Counted from the stretch's first letter, positions 10,649-19,776 are shown. The stretch is DNA of 64,000 bases from Candidatus Woesearchaeota archaeon (GCA_018655525.1 JABIJM010000002.1:109575-173574); one strand, 5' to 3'. The notes: generated from the sequence alone by a model not told the origin. Translations and numbers: made by a program.

Positions 10649-11460
10649 ATATAAAATCCTATTTTAAACTGGACAAAACATTTTTCAAAATCTTTGCCAT
10701 AGATTTTGTGACATTCTGGGGATTGATCCTCATCTTCCTTGCATCAAGCACTTTCTGGATCTCTAAAGTCTCTTCAGTATTACAAGGTCAATCAGTAGAA
10801 GGATTACAAAACTTCTTATTAACAGCACCAATTGGGCAAGTACAGGACTTTCAATCAGATTTAGTTACTTTTTTCGCAGGAATCATCATTTTCATGATTC
10901 TCACCTTATTGGCAATCACATTCTCACGTTCATTTGTATGGAAAACATTACACAAAAAATGGGTTCCATTCTACAAATGGTTTTTATTAGCATTAGAATT
11001 GATTATTCCTTCAACAATCTATTTCTTTGCTTTCTTTATTGTTAGAATTATCTTATTAGAGATTGTCAAATTCATAGGGAACACATCTTACAACTCTATA
11101 ATTGGATCTGGTGTATATCCACAATCATTAATTGACATAAGCACATTATATATCAATGTTTTAGGAATGATCTTATACTTAATCTTACTTTTCATAACCT
11201 TTGCATCATTCACATCTGAATTACGTGTTTTAAGGGCTGTAGAGAAATCTTATCATATCATGCGCAAACAGATCAAACAAATATCTAAACTCTTCCTCAT
11301 CGCAACAATTGTGGCTATAATCCTCTCTCTGGTTTTACTTCCATTCAGATTCACATTATCCTATCAACCAGTATTAACAATGTTTTTGAATTCTGTTCTT
11401 ACATTTATGTTTATTAGTTGGTTGAGATTCAATACCTCACGCCTTGTCACTCAAAAGTAA
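10642..11460 (+). CDS. Polytopic membrane protein (about 6 TM helices), unknown function
   Basis: Overlaps the stop of the giant protein by 7 nt, suggesting translational coupling. Has multiple long hydrophobic segments. Confidence 0.45.
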   Translation: MVNIKSYFKLDKTFFKIFAIDFVTFWGLILIFLASSTFWISKVSSVLQGQSVEGLQNFLLTAPIGQVQDFQSDLVTFFAGIIIFMILTLLAITFSRSFVWKTLHKKWVPFYKWFLLALELIIPSTIYFFAFFIVRIILLEIVKFIGNTSYNSIIGSGVYPQSLIDISTLYINVLGMILYLILLFITFASFTSELRVLRAVEKSYHIMRKQIKQISKLFLIATIVAIILSLVLLPFRFTLSYQPVLTMFLNSVLTFMFISWLRFNTSRLVTQK

Positions 11461-11499
11461 CAAAAAATTTATAAAGTATTATTCTAATTTTAGTATAAA

Positions 11500-12288
11500 A
11501 TGACACATAAATATTCTCCTTTGATAGCAACAATCATTGCATTATCAGGTTGTACTACTTTTAATTCATGTACTTCCTCACAAAGTGTCATTGAATATCA
11601 TATTGATGAATCACTTCAACCAAAAAGTTCAACTTCTCATACAGTTGTTGAAAAAGTGGTTAAACCAAGGATGCCCAAAATTGTACCAGAATCAGTAACT
11701 AAACCTAAAGGAACACTTTCATTTGGTCGTCCAGTATTTAATGAAAGATATCACAATCAAAATGAGGATTTAGAAGATTTATTGGAAGGACATACAGGTC
11801 AACGAAAAATTGTAATTGATAAATCTGCAAGAGAATTACAGATATACGTTGGTGATGAACTAATTAAATCTTATGGGATTTCATTAAGTAGACGACATCA
11901 ATCTGGGCCTAAACAAAGAAAAGGAGATCTTAAGACACCTGAAGGACATTTTTATGCTGCTCGTAAGAACCCTAATAGTAGATGGCATAAAGCAATTGTA
12001 ATAAGTTATCCTGGTAAAGAAGATGCAATACGTGGATTAAAAAAGGGAATTATAACAAAAAGACAATATACACAAATTTTGAAAGCTCAAGATGAATGTC
12101 GTGAACCTCCAAGAACAAATTTAGGATCTCTGGTAGAAATTCATGGTGCTGGTGGCGGACGATTTTATCAAGATTGGACACATGGTTGTGCTTCATTAAA
12201 TAATAGAGCTATGGATGAAGTTTATAAATTTACATTCACTGGATGTTATAAAGGAAAACCTAAAACTGAAATAATCATTAAGCGATAA
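11500..12288 (+). CDS. Lipoprotein with L,D-transpeptidase (YkuD/ErfK-like) catalytic domain
   Basis: N-terminal hydrophobic segment ends in a lipobox-like LSGC. The C-terminal region carries IHGAGGG-x13-THGCASLNN, which matches the H...[S/T]HGC catalytic signature of L,D-transpeptidases (PF03734). Confidence 0.55.
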   Translation: MTHKYSPLIATIIALSGCTTFNSCTSSQSVIEYHIDESLQPKSSTSHTVVEKVVKPRMPKIVPESVTKPKGTLSFGRPVFNERYHNQNEDLEDLLEGHTGQRKIVIDKSARELQIYVGDELIKSYGISLSRRHQSGPKQRKGDLKTPEGHFYAARKNPNSRWHKAIVISYPGKEDAIRGLKKGIITKRQYTQILKAQDECREPPRTNLGSLVEIHGAGGGRFYQDWTHGCASLNNRAMDEVYKFTFTGCYKGKPKTEIIIKR

Positions 12289-15001
12289 CTTGTTTCTTAA
12301 CATTTTCACATGCAGTTTCTTTTCCTGATGAAACAGCAACACAATTAATTCCTGTTGTTGTATAATACCATTCATTCCCTACTTTTTTATACCACGACCT
12401 TTGATTTAATGTTCGTTCTCCATGAACTGTTTTTAATTTTGAATAAACATTTTCTGTCATATCATCAAAAGAATTTGTAAGTGCAAATTGTTGTTCATAA
12501 TAAGGGGCTTTTCCATCATATCCTTGAATAGTTTGAAGATTAGGATATTTGTCAAGTAACCGTTTTGCACCTATACTGGAATGTTCTCTTATTTTTTGTT
12601 GTATCTCTTTAGAATCAGAAATCTCATTTTTTGGAGATTCTACATCAACTAATGGAGGTCCTTCATCTACTTCAGGACTCGTTAGTGAATTACAAGCACT
12701 AAAATATACATTTTTCACATTACCCTCAGGCATGTTAACAATATTAAAAGTATCAATAGGATTATAATCAGGGTTATCTAAAACTTCTGCTGGAGCAAGA
12801 CTGGATAATTTTGTTGGAGCTTCTCTAAAAAAATAATCACTATCTTTAAAGAAATGCCCTGTTACAACAATATTTTCACTTTTTGTACTTGGAGGTGAAT
12901 CTCTACTATTTACAACAATACATCCCTCAATACGGCATCTACTCTCAAGTAATTGAGCAGTATCGGGATTTTCTCCTGCCATTATTATTGTTGTTTTTGG
13001 CGTCCATGTTTTTCCCACATCAGCTTGGCTTTTACCAGCAGGAGGAATTACTTTCCCATATGCTTTTGCATATTCATATTCACATTCACTTGGAGCGCAT
13101 GTAACAAAACTATTTCTTTTTTTTCGTGACCAACTTCCAGATGAAGATTGATATGGTTTAGAAAAATAATTTTCAACAGCTTTAGGTTGAGTTGTACTTG
13201 AAGACCAATGTTTAACATAAGGTAATTTATCAACAATAACTTTCTCTGTTTTGACAGTCATTGTTGATTGGCCTCGTGAAGGAATAGGAATATGTTTCCC
13301 CCTTCCATCAACATAATCCCAACCATATTTTTTTGTAAATACTAATTTTCCTTCTACTCCATTAATATCTAATGAATTTGGTAACTGTGGTTTTGTATTA
13401 ACATTTTGATTCTTTTTAGGAGGAAGTATTACTCCTTGTTTTTTTGCTAATTCTTGTGCAGCAGTCCTTGAACCAGGATTTTTTGAAATATAAGTTGAAC
13501 TTGAAATTACTTTGTCAGATTCATAAGCATAATCAATTTTTCCAGCTCTAAATTTATTTAAATCTCCTTTTGTTGTAATTTCACCATTAGGGGAGAAAGT
13601 GACTGTTGAACTTTTTTGTAATTTTCGTAATTCTCTTCTAGCATCATTCAAATTAAGTTTACGTATTCTTCTTTTATCTTTTTCAGTAAGATCCATTGAA
13701 ATACTGTCAATTGAGATCTCACCTTGTGATAATCCCTCAACATTTATTTTATCAAAATAGGCTCTAGATGTGAAATCAATTTTTTTTAATTTATTAAATT
13801 CATAAAAACCTAATTCTTCACGGTATGGAGGGTCTGCATTTGCCCCTATTGAATTTACAATACATGGTTTAAATGCACAATAATCACGCGCTTTACTTCC
13901 GGTATTTGTTTTTTCTTCTGAATAAAATATTTTTTGATCTTCTTCATTTACCAAAGAAAAACTTGAAGTTGTTCCTGCAATAATTCCATTACGTCCCATG
14001 ATAAAACTTGTCATTTTGAACTCTTCTCCTTTCTTAGCTAAAATTGTAAATTTATCTCTTAGTAAACGTGGATCATCTTTATCCGCATTTCCATCAATAA
14101 TTGTTCCTGTAATTGTATAACCTGTCGGATTTATATATCCTTCATCTGTTTCATCTTCAGTTGCAAATCTATTGAATGACGTTCCTGAAACCATTAAATT
14201 ATCATATGTAAATTCACCAACATATTTAATTTTAACACCTTCTTGTTCAATAACCATAGCTCCAAATAAAACTTCGCCATCACCCGCGGGAATATTTAAT
14301 GTTTTTACCTTAAAATCTAAATCTGGTAATTTTCCACTTTCCTCATTAGATTTTACATCAACAATTCCACCTACTGTTGTTAAAACTCCATCAGCTTTAC
14401 CTGCACCAACGGTTCCATACATAGAAACACCTTCCTTTAGAACTAATGAACCATCCTCTAAAACCTTTGAATTAGGGAAGTCAGCAATATTAAACCCAGT
14501 TGGTTTTTCTCCATCTGTTAAAACTTTACCATCTTTAAAATCTTTTATTTTTCCACCATTATCTTCTATACCATATTTCCCAAACCATTTCTTTTTTACT
14601 TCAGGTTTATCATTAATTAATGTTGGAGTTTTTTCTATCCTTATATTCATATTTTTAAAAAGTTCATCATTATCAAGCAAATTAGGATCAGATGAAGTTG
14701 CTCTTAGAAAATTCACATCATCAATTTTAACTGCAATAGAAGGGTTGGATTGCATAGCATTTACAAGATTGACTGTACTTATTTCTCCAAAATTTGTGAC
14801 TTGTCCGGATTCAATTGCGGCAGCCAAATCAGGTCCATTCATTTGGTTATAATCAATTGTTACAGGAGTAACTTGTGTCCCTGAACCAGCAACATCAGCT
14901 GTTTGGCCTTGATTTAAAGGTGGTGGAACATAGGTATTAGCGGCATAACTAATCACTGCTAAAATCATACAAATCATTATTATTGTTATAACTTTTTTCA
15001 T
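12278..15001 (-). CDS. Large secreted surface protein (about 907-916 aa)
   Basis: Sec-type signal (MKKVITIIMICMILAVISYAANTY). An alternative upstream ATG at 15028 would add 9 aa. The protein is Gly/Thr/Val-rich and beta-rich. Its 3' end overlaps the 3' end of the plus-strand lipoprotein gene by 11 nt (convergent). It is the second gene of a minus-strand operon headed by the pilin-like gene. Confidence 0.5.
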   Translation of the reverse strand: MKKVITIIMICMILAVISYAANTYVPPPLNQGQTADVAGSGTQVTPVTIDYNQMNGPDLAAAIESGQVTNFGEISTVNLVNAMQSNPSIAVKIDDVNFLRATSSDPNLLDNDELFKNMNIRIEKTPTLINDKPEVKKKWFGKYGIEDNGGKIKDFKDGKVLTDGEKPTGFNIADFPNSKVLEDGSLVLKEGVSMYGTVGAGKADGVLTTVGGIVDVKSNEESGKLPDLDFKVKTLNIPAGDGEVLFGAMVIEQEGVKIKYVGEFTYDNLMVSGTSFNRFATEDETDEGYINPTGYTITGTIIDGNADKDDPRLLRDKFTILAKKGEEFKMTSFIMGRNGIIAGTTSSFSLVNEEDQKIFYSEEKTNTGSKARDYCAFKPCIVNSIGANADPPYREELGFYEFNKLKKIDFTSRAYFDKINVEGLSQGEISIDSISMDLTEKDKRRIRKLNLNDARRELRKLQKSSTVTFSPNGEITTKGDLNKFRAGKIDYAYESDKVISSSTYISKNPGSRTAAQELAKKQGVILPPKKNQNVNTKPQLPNSLDINGVEGKLVFTKKYGWDYVDGRGKHIPIPSRGQSTMTVKTEKVIVDKLPYVKHWSSSTTQPKAVENYFSKPYQSSSGSWSRKKRNSFVTCAPSECEYEYAKAYGKVIPPAGKSQADVGKTWTPKTTIIMAGENPDTAQLLESRCRIEGCIVVNSRDSPPSTKSENIVVTGHFFKDSDYFFREAPTKLSSLAPAEVLDNPDYNPIDTFNIVNMPEGNVKNVYFSACNSLTSPEVDEGPPLVDVESPKNEISDSKEIQQKIREHSSIGAKRLLDKYPNLQTIQGYDGKAPYYEQQFALTNSFDDMTENVYSKLKTVHGERTLNQRSWYKKVGNEWYYTTTGINCVAVSSGKETACENVKKQVIA

Positions 15002-16332
15002 TTGACTTCTAACTCCCACCGTTGCCATGTTGAACCATAATTATTAATTGCATCTACTCTAATATAATGTATTCCTACATTTTCAGGTGAAGGAGTAAAA
15101 TACATTTCTCCAGTCTTATTATTTATTTCAAAAAGGTATGTTCCTGATGAAAAAGATAAAGCACGTTCTGCATTAACTTTTAAAGAAAAGTTTGTGCCAA
15201 CATGTGCAACTTGTTTTTCAATTTTATTCATTTTTGGAGATAATTCATCTTCGATATTAATTGAAATTCGTAATGGGGCTACTTTTTCATTTCCAAAAGG
15301 ATCAATGACTTTTACATAATGTAAATATTCGTCATTACCTAATTTGACAGGATCTAATGAAATCACACCAGAGCTATCAATAGAAAATGTATCAGTATCT
15401 AATTCAAATTGTAATCCTTCGCCGAATGAAGGAACTTTTAATATTTTAATTCCATGCGTAGAAATTTTCCATGTTGGAATTTCATTTAATCCAAAAAATT
15501 CATAAAATAAAATATCTTTTACTGGTGGGATTTCTATTACTTTTTCTTCATCAAACGTCCAGTCAAATCCAAGAGCAAAATTCCATATAAAAGGATTTTG
15601 TCCGTTATCTTCATTTAAAATAATTTCAAAAAGAATATTTTCTCCATTTATACCATAATTTTGAAATTGAACTTGGATCCCCTCGTAAGACAAAGATTCT
15701 GATAGAGAACTTAATAATAATTCTTCCTTCATAGATTGAGTTTTTATAAATGAATTTACTTTTGCATAAGGTCCAATAAATTTTAGAGGAATTGACGTTT
15801 CAAAGACTCTCCGTTCCGCATTTTTTGATCCTAAGCTTACTTTAAAAGGAAATGTTAAATGTGTCATTAATTTTGTGTTTGTAAATTCTGATCTAATTAA
15901 AGGAACTCCGATATTAAATTTATAACCTTCTTTTTCAAAAGATTTGAAATTATTAATACATTCAAGAAATTTTGTTTCACTTATAGATGAAATACTCTCG
16001 GAAAATGTTGATAGTGAAGGAAACATTTTATTACTTTTATGTAAATAGAATGGTACGATTAATTTATCTGAACCTTCATTATATGTGAATCCTGCTAAAG
16101 AAGAACCAATGGTGGTATATCCTCCATTATTTAATACAATTGATGTTGATTCAGTAAGACTTTTTTCAAGACATGAACTTACAAACAATTCAACAGAATC
16201 TATATTAAATTGAACATCAGTAGGTAATTCTTCTATTGATGAAGATTTAACAAGTAAAATAATCAAAGCAGTAACAAATAACAGAATTATTCCTATAATT
16301 ATAAACACCGTAACCTGTCCTCTTTTATTCAT
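14998..16332 (-). CDS. Surface protein with archaeal class III (type IV pilin-like) signal peptide, paralog of the 68..2410 product
   Basis: N-terminus MNKRG|QVTVFIIIGIILLFVTALIIL has a short basic leader, then G-Q and a hydrophobic helix. The following LFVSSCLEKS...LNNGGY region resembles FIEGCVQDT...GEQGGY in the 780-aa protein. Confidence 0.55.
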   Translation of the reverse strand: MNKRGQVTVFIIIGIILLFVTALIILLVKSSSIEELPTDVQFNIDSVELFVSSCLEKSLTESTSIVLNNGGYTTIGSSLAGFTYNEGSDKLIVPFYLHKSNKMFPSLSTFSESISSISETKFLECINNFKSFEKEGYKFNIGVPLIRSEFTNTKLMTHLTFPFKVSLGSKNAERRVFETSIPLKFIGPYAKVNSFIKTQSMKEELLLSSLSESLSYEGIQVQFQNYGINGENILFEIILNEDNGQNPFIWNFALGFDWTFDEEKVIEIPPVKDILFYEFFGLNEIPTWKISTHGIKILKVPSFGEGLQFELDTDTFSIDSSGVISLDPVKLGNDEYLHYVKVIDPFGNEKVAPLRISINIEDELSPKMNKIEKQVAHVGTNFSLKVNAERALSFSSGTYLFEINNKTGEMYFTPSPENVGIHYIRVDAINNYGSTWQRWELEVK

Positions 16333-16430
16333 ACTACATATTAATTCTTTATCGTTTTTATATGTTTCTTAAAAATGAACTAATATATACCAAAAAATAA
16401 CTAAGAAAAGAATAAACTAAAACAATAAAA

Positions 16431-16628
16431 TTAAGATTTCTTAAAAGCACCAGCAGTATCAATTAAATCTACATGACCCATGAATAATCCTCGGCAACAG
16501 TATCGTTCTAAACCTGCATCATCCATAGCTTTTTTCGCGGAATCACCTTTCTCTAACTGATTGTTATATTGTTCCCATAAATGAGCAACTGGTTTTCCAC
16601 ATGTAAAGCATCTAATTGGTATAATCAT
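16431..16628 (-). CDS. rpoN: DNA-directed RNA polymerase subunit N (Rpb10 homolog)
   Basis: MIIPIRCFTCGKPVAHLWEQY with a CxxC...CC zinc motif. It lies downstream of S9 as in the canonical archaeal operon. Confidence 0.9.
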   Translation of the reverse strand: MIIPIRCFTCGKPVAHLWEQYNNQLEKGDSAKKAMDDAGLERYCCRGLFMGHVDLIDTAGAFKKS

Positions 16629-16683
16629 TTTGTTTTTATCTCCATTTTGGGTATGACTTCTGTCTTATTCCGTTAGGAATGAT

Positions 16684-16707
16684 CAGAAATCATCTATATG
16701 ATTTCTG
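16684..16707. promoter_or_regulatory. Perfect 10-bp inverted repeat (cagaaatcat-ctat-atgatttctg) spanning the S9 stop codon
   Basis: Read directly from the sequence. It is a hairpin-capable element between rps9 and rpoN and could act as an RNA processing, attenuation or termination signal. Confidence 0.3.
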
Positions 16708-17082
16708 TCTTTTTGCACGTGCTTTGGAATCGTTTGGTTTACAAACTTCCTTTCTTCGTACATCTGCAACCAATAATAACCTATCGTAGTCATCAAAGGT
16801 TTTCTTAAACTTATTATCGTAAATTACTAAAGCTCTTGCCATAGCTAACCTTGCTGCATCAGCCTGACCATTTTCTCCGCCACCAATAACTGTAACATCA
16901 ATGTTTACTTTCTTTGCAACATCGCCAACTAATACTAAAGGCTCTTTGATTCGTAATCGTGAAATTTCTGTACTATAATTGTCTAAGTACTGTCCATTGA
17001 TTCTTACGTTTCCCTTACCATCACGTAATGTTGCACGTGCAATTGCTTGTTTTCGTTTTCCTTGAGTGTGAATTACTTTCAT
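16690..17082 (-). CDS. rps9: 30S ribosomal protein S9
   Basis: GKRKQAIARATL...GGGENGQADAARLAMARAL...KSYR matches the conserved uS9 family, including the C-terminal YR. Confidence 0.9.
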   Translation of the reverse strand: MKVIHTQGKRKQAIARATLRDGKGNVRINGQYLDNYSTEISRLRIKEPLVLVGDVAKKVNIDVTVIGGGENGQADAARLAMARALVIYDNKFKKTFDDYDRLLLVADVRRKEVCKPNDSKARAKRQKSYR

Positions 17083-17507
17083 TCTTCATTACCGCCTAAT
17101 AAATGTTTAATTAAATGTCCAACTGTAATATATTTTAAAGTTGGTAATTTTTTAACTGATGCGTCTTCAACAGTGATTAACTCCTTTCCTTCAAGTTCAG
17201 CTGGAATTGAAGTGTAACACATAACTCTTTTGTATGCTTCTCTTCCACGAGTTGTATCCCATGGTAACATTCCTCTGATTACTCTACGAACATATCTATC
17301 AGATAAACGAATACGTTTTGCACTTTTTAAAGGATATCCTTTACGTGCTCTTCGTACTTTTTCATTATTTAAAGTTGCTACTTTCTTACCACTGATAATC
17401 ATTTTATCACAATTTACAACATTAACTTCTTCTCCTAAGAGAGCATCTTTTGCAATACGTGTTGCAAGACGTCCAAGTAACATTCCTTCACCGTTGTAAA
17501 CTTTCAT
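17079..17507 (-). CDS. rpl13: 50S ribosomal protein L13
   Basis: uL13 family similarity (GMLLGRLATRIAK...; RGMLPW). Operon position is between L18e and S9. Confidence 0.9.
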   Translation of the reverse strand: MKVYNGEGMLLGRLATRIAKDALLGEEVNVVNCDKMIISGKKVATLNNEKVRRARKGYPLKSAKRIRLSDRYVRRVIRGMLPWDTTRGREAYKRVMCYTSIPAELEGKELITVEDASVKKLPTLKYITVGHLIKHLLGGNEE

Positions 17508-17508
17508 T

Positions 17509-17859
17509 TTATCCTAAAATCCTCACTTTTTTTCCTTCCGGATTTTGTTCTAATAATTCTTTGATTGTCATAATTTTTCCATTTGCTTGTTCAATTTTTT
17601 TCTTAGCTTCTGCTGAGAAATTGAATGCTGCAACATCAACTTTTTTACTCATTTCACCTAAACTTAATACTTTTCCAGGAACTAAAACCATTTCTCCTTC
17701 TCTCGCATATTTGTCAATTTTGTAAACATTTACGCTTCTTCGTTGACGAGATGATTTTGTTAAATCCTTTACAACACGTCTCCAAAATGGGCTCTCAACT
17801 ATTTTAGGTTCTAGAGCTTTTAAAAGTTCAATTAATTCATAGTTAGTTGTACCTTTCAT
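17509..17859 (-). CDS. rpl18e: 50S ribosomal protein L18e
   Basis: Archaeal/eukaryotic L18e family by sequence similarity and canonical position between rpoD and rpl13. Confidence 0.8.
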   Translation of the reverse strand: MKGTTNYELIELLKALEPKIVESPFWRRVVKDLTKSSRQRRSVNVYKIDKYAREGEMVLVPGKVLSLGEMSKKVDVAAFNFSAEAKKKIEQANGKIMTIKELLEQNPEGKKVRILG

Positions 17860-18629
17860 TAAATTAACTTCTCCATTTCTTCAACTTTATTAAGTAAGAT
17901 TTCTGCTGATTGTGATAAAATTTCTCTACAACTTAATTGGCCCCAACTTTCTAAGTTGAATACAATGTCATCTGAGTATGTTACATCAATTCCTTCTAAT
18001 GCATCATATTGTTCTAATAAATAACTCTGATAAACTTTTTCTTCATTAACGGTAACTTTTCCGCCACTAATTTTGAAAACACCGTCAGCGTTGATTTTTT
18101 CTAATGCTTCTGCATTTACATTTCCAACTTTGATACTACCTGATTTTCTATAAAATGCCCAACCTGGTGCCCATTTCACATGATCTTTACCTTGACCCAT
18201 TACTGCAGTCATTGTAATATCAAGCTTTTGTTTTGCTAATAATCGTACAACAGGAGTGTCTTCATATACAAATGTACATTTTGGATCGCTACTTTCAGCT
18301 TCTCCAGCTAAGACATTTCCTTTTTTAGATGATTTTAATTTGATTTGAAGTGTACATCGTGCACTTTTCTCAGTTACTTCATCTTCATTTTCAGGAAGTC
18401 TGTAACTTTTTAAATCTGTTTTGATAGGTAATAATCCAATTCGTAATGCTAACATTTCATCAAATAATGCTGATCCGTTCTCTTTAATTTCAAGATCTTC
18501 TGCAGCTAATGTAGGAACTTCTTCTAAGACTAGTCTACGTACAGTGTTTGCAAACACTTCGTTTGTACCTTTCATTAAGAAGGTTAACTTTCCGTCCTTT
18601 TTCTTATCTTGAAGTTTTTCTAATTTCAT
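17859..18629 (-). CDS. rpoD: DNA-directed RNA polymerase subunit D (Rpb3 homolog)
   Basis: Rpb3/RpoD-like sequence with canonical position after S11 in the archaeal operon. Confidence 0.85.
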   Translation of the reverse strand: MKLEKLQDKKKDGKLTFLMKGTNEVFANTVRRLVLEEVPTLAAEDLEIKENGSALFDEMLALRIGLLPIKTDLKSYRLPENEDEVTEKSARCTLQIKLKSSKKGNVLAGEAESSDPKCTFVYEDTPVVRLLAKQKLDITMTAVMGQGKDHVKWAPGWAFYRKSGSIKVGNVNAEALEKINADGVFKISGGKVTVNEEKVYQSYLLEQYDALEGIDVTYSDDIVFNLESWGQLSCREILSQSAEILLNKVEEMEKLI

Positions 18630-18632
18630 ATT

Positions 18633-19103
18633 CTAAACTCTACGTCCTCTACGTCCACCTTTAGCTCTACAGCCATTGTGTGGTTCTGGTGTTACTTCTT
18701 CAATTTTTCCAATTCGTAAACCAATACGTGAGAATGTTCTAATTGCTGCTTGAGCTCCAGGACCTGGACTTTTAGGACCATTGTGACCACCTTTAGCTCT
18801 AACTTTGATATATAAACCGTTAATTCCTTTTTCTTTACAAATTTCTGCAACTTTTCTAGCCGCACCCATTGCAGCAGAAGGTGAACTTTCTAATCTGTCA
18901 GCTTTTACAACTTGTCCACCAGATGATCGTGCAATAGTTTCTGTTCCTGTGATATCTGTAACTGTAATAATTGTATTGTTGTATGAAGAATAAATGTGTG
19001 CAACGCCCCATCTCATGTTTTTATGGAAGGTTCTTGGAGCTCTATTTTGATCTGGTCTCCTTCGTGGAGGTCCTCTACTATTATTTTGTGGTGGTGGGCT
19101 CAT
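18633..19103 (-). CDS. rps11: 30S ribosomal protein S11
   Basis: [22 protein letters not shown]...[18 protein letters not shown] matches the conserved uS11 core. It has a basic N-terminal extension; an alternative start is the internal Met of MRWGVAH. Confidence 0.85.
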   Translation of the reverse strand: MSPPPQNNSRGPPRRRPDQNRAPRTFHKNMRWGVAHIYSSYNNTIITVTDITGTETIARSSGGQVVKADRLESSPSAAMGAARKVAEICKEKGINGLYIKVRAKGGHNGPKSPGPGAQAAIRTFSRIGLRIGKIEEVTPEPHNGCRAKGGRRGRRV

Positions 19104-19768
19104 TCTTCTTTAACCTCTTTTGGTGTGTCTTCTTTAACTTCAGAGACTTCCTTTTCTTCTTTAGGGGTTTCAGAAACCTCTTCTACTGGAGCTTCTTCAG
19201 ATTTTTCTTCCTTAATAGGTTTAACAGCTTCAGCTTCTTTATGAATCTCTTTAGCTTCATTTTTCCTTTCAGGGTGATCTTCGTTAAATAATGCTGATTT
19301 TCCTCTAAAATTTAATTTTGATTCTTCTTCTAATGAAATTAAGCATGAAGGGAATGTGATCTCTTTGTCACCAATTGCAATATGTCTGTGTACAATAAAT
19401 TGACGTGCTTGATTCATTGATCGTGCTAAACCTTTTCTAAATACAACACTTTGTATTCTTCGTTCTAAAACACTCTCAACATTTAATGCAAGAATTTGAT
19501 CTAACTCTGCACCTGCGTTTAATAATCCTAACCCTTGTAATTTTCCAAGAACTTGACTTTCTTCTTTTTCTGATTGTTCTGTTTGTGATGCAATTAATCT
19601 TTTTGCAATATTTTTATATTTCTTTAAGAAAGAGTTCGCAATCATAATTTCCTGCTTTTTTCGTAATCCAAATTCTTTTGTGATCACTTTTTCTTCATCA
19701 ATAGCAGATTTAATCCACGGATGTCGCGGAGTTGCGTACTTTTTTCGTAATTTTTTTGGATCTCCCAT
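19100..19768 (-). CDS. rps4: 30S ribosomal protein S4 with Lys/Glu-rich C-terminal tail
   Basis: uS4 N-terminal and S4 domains (PRHPW...; [15 protein letters not shown]). The C-terminal ~45 aa is a KE-rich low-complexity extension ([22 protein letters not shown]...). Confidence 0.85.
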   Translation of the reverse strand: MGDPKKLRKKYATPRHPWIKSAIDEEKVITKEFGLRKKQEIMIANSFLKKYKNIAKRLIASQTEQSEKEESQVLGKLQGLGLLNAGAELDQILALNVESVLERRIQSVVFRKGLARSMNQARQFIVHRHIAIGDKEITFPSCLISLEEESKLNFRGKSALFNEDHPERKNEAKEIHKEAEAVKPIKEEKSEEAPVEEVSETPKEEKEVSEVKEDTPKEVKEE

Positions 19769-19776
19769 TTTTATTA

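Noticed and set aside
14172-14852. A 226-aa plus-strand ORF and many other 60-150-aa ORFs lying antisense inside large genes. Examples are 2477..2662, 3395..3586, 4664..4906, 5207..5464, 17230..17725, 18971..19291, 39917..40321 and 51420..51863.
   Set aside because: They sit entirely within well-supported genes on the opposite strand, such as ribosomal proteins and giant secreted proteins. They have low-complexity or Ser/Thr/Pro-biased translations typical of antisense frames of AT-rich coding DNA. They lack independent start context.
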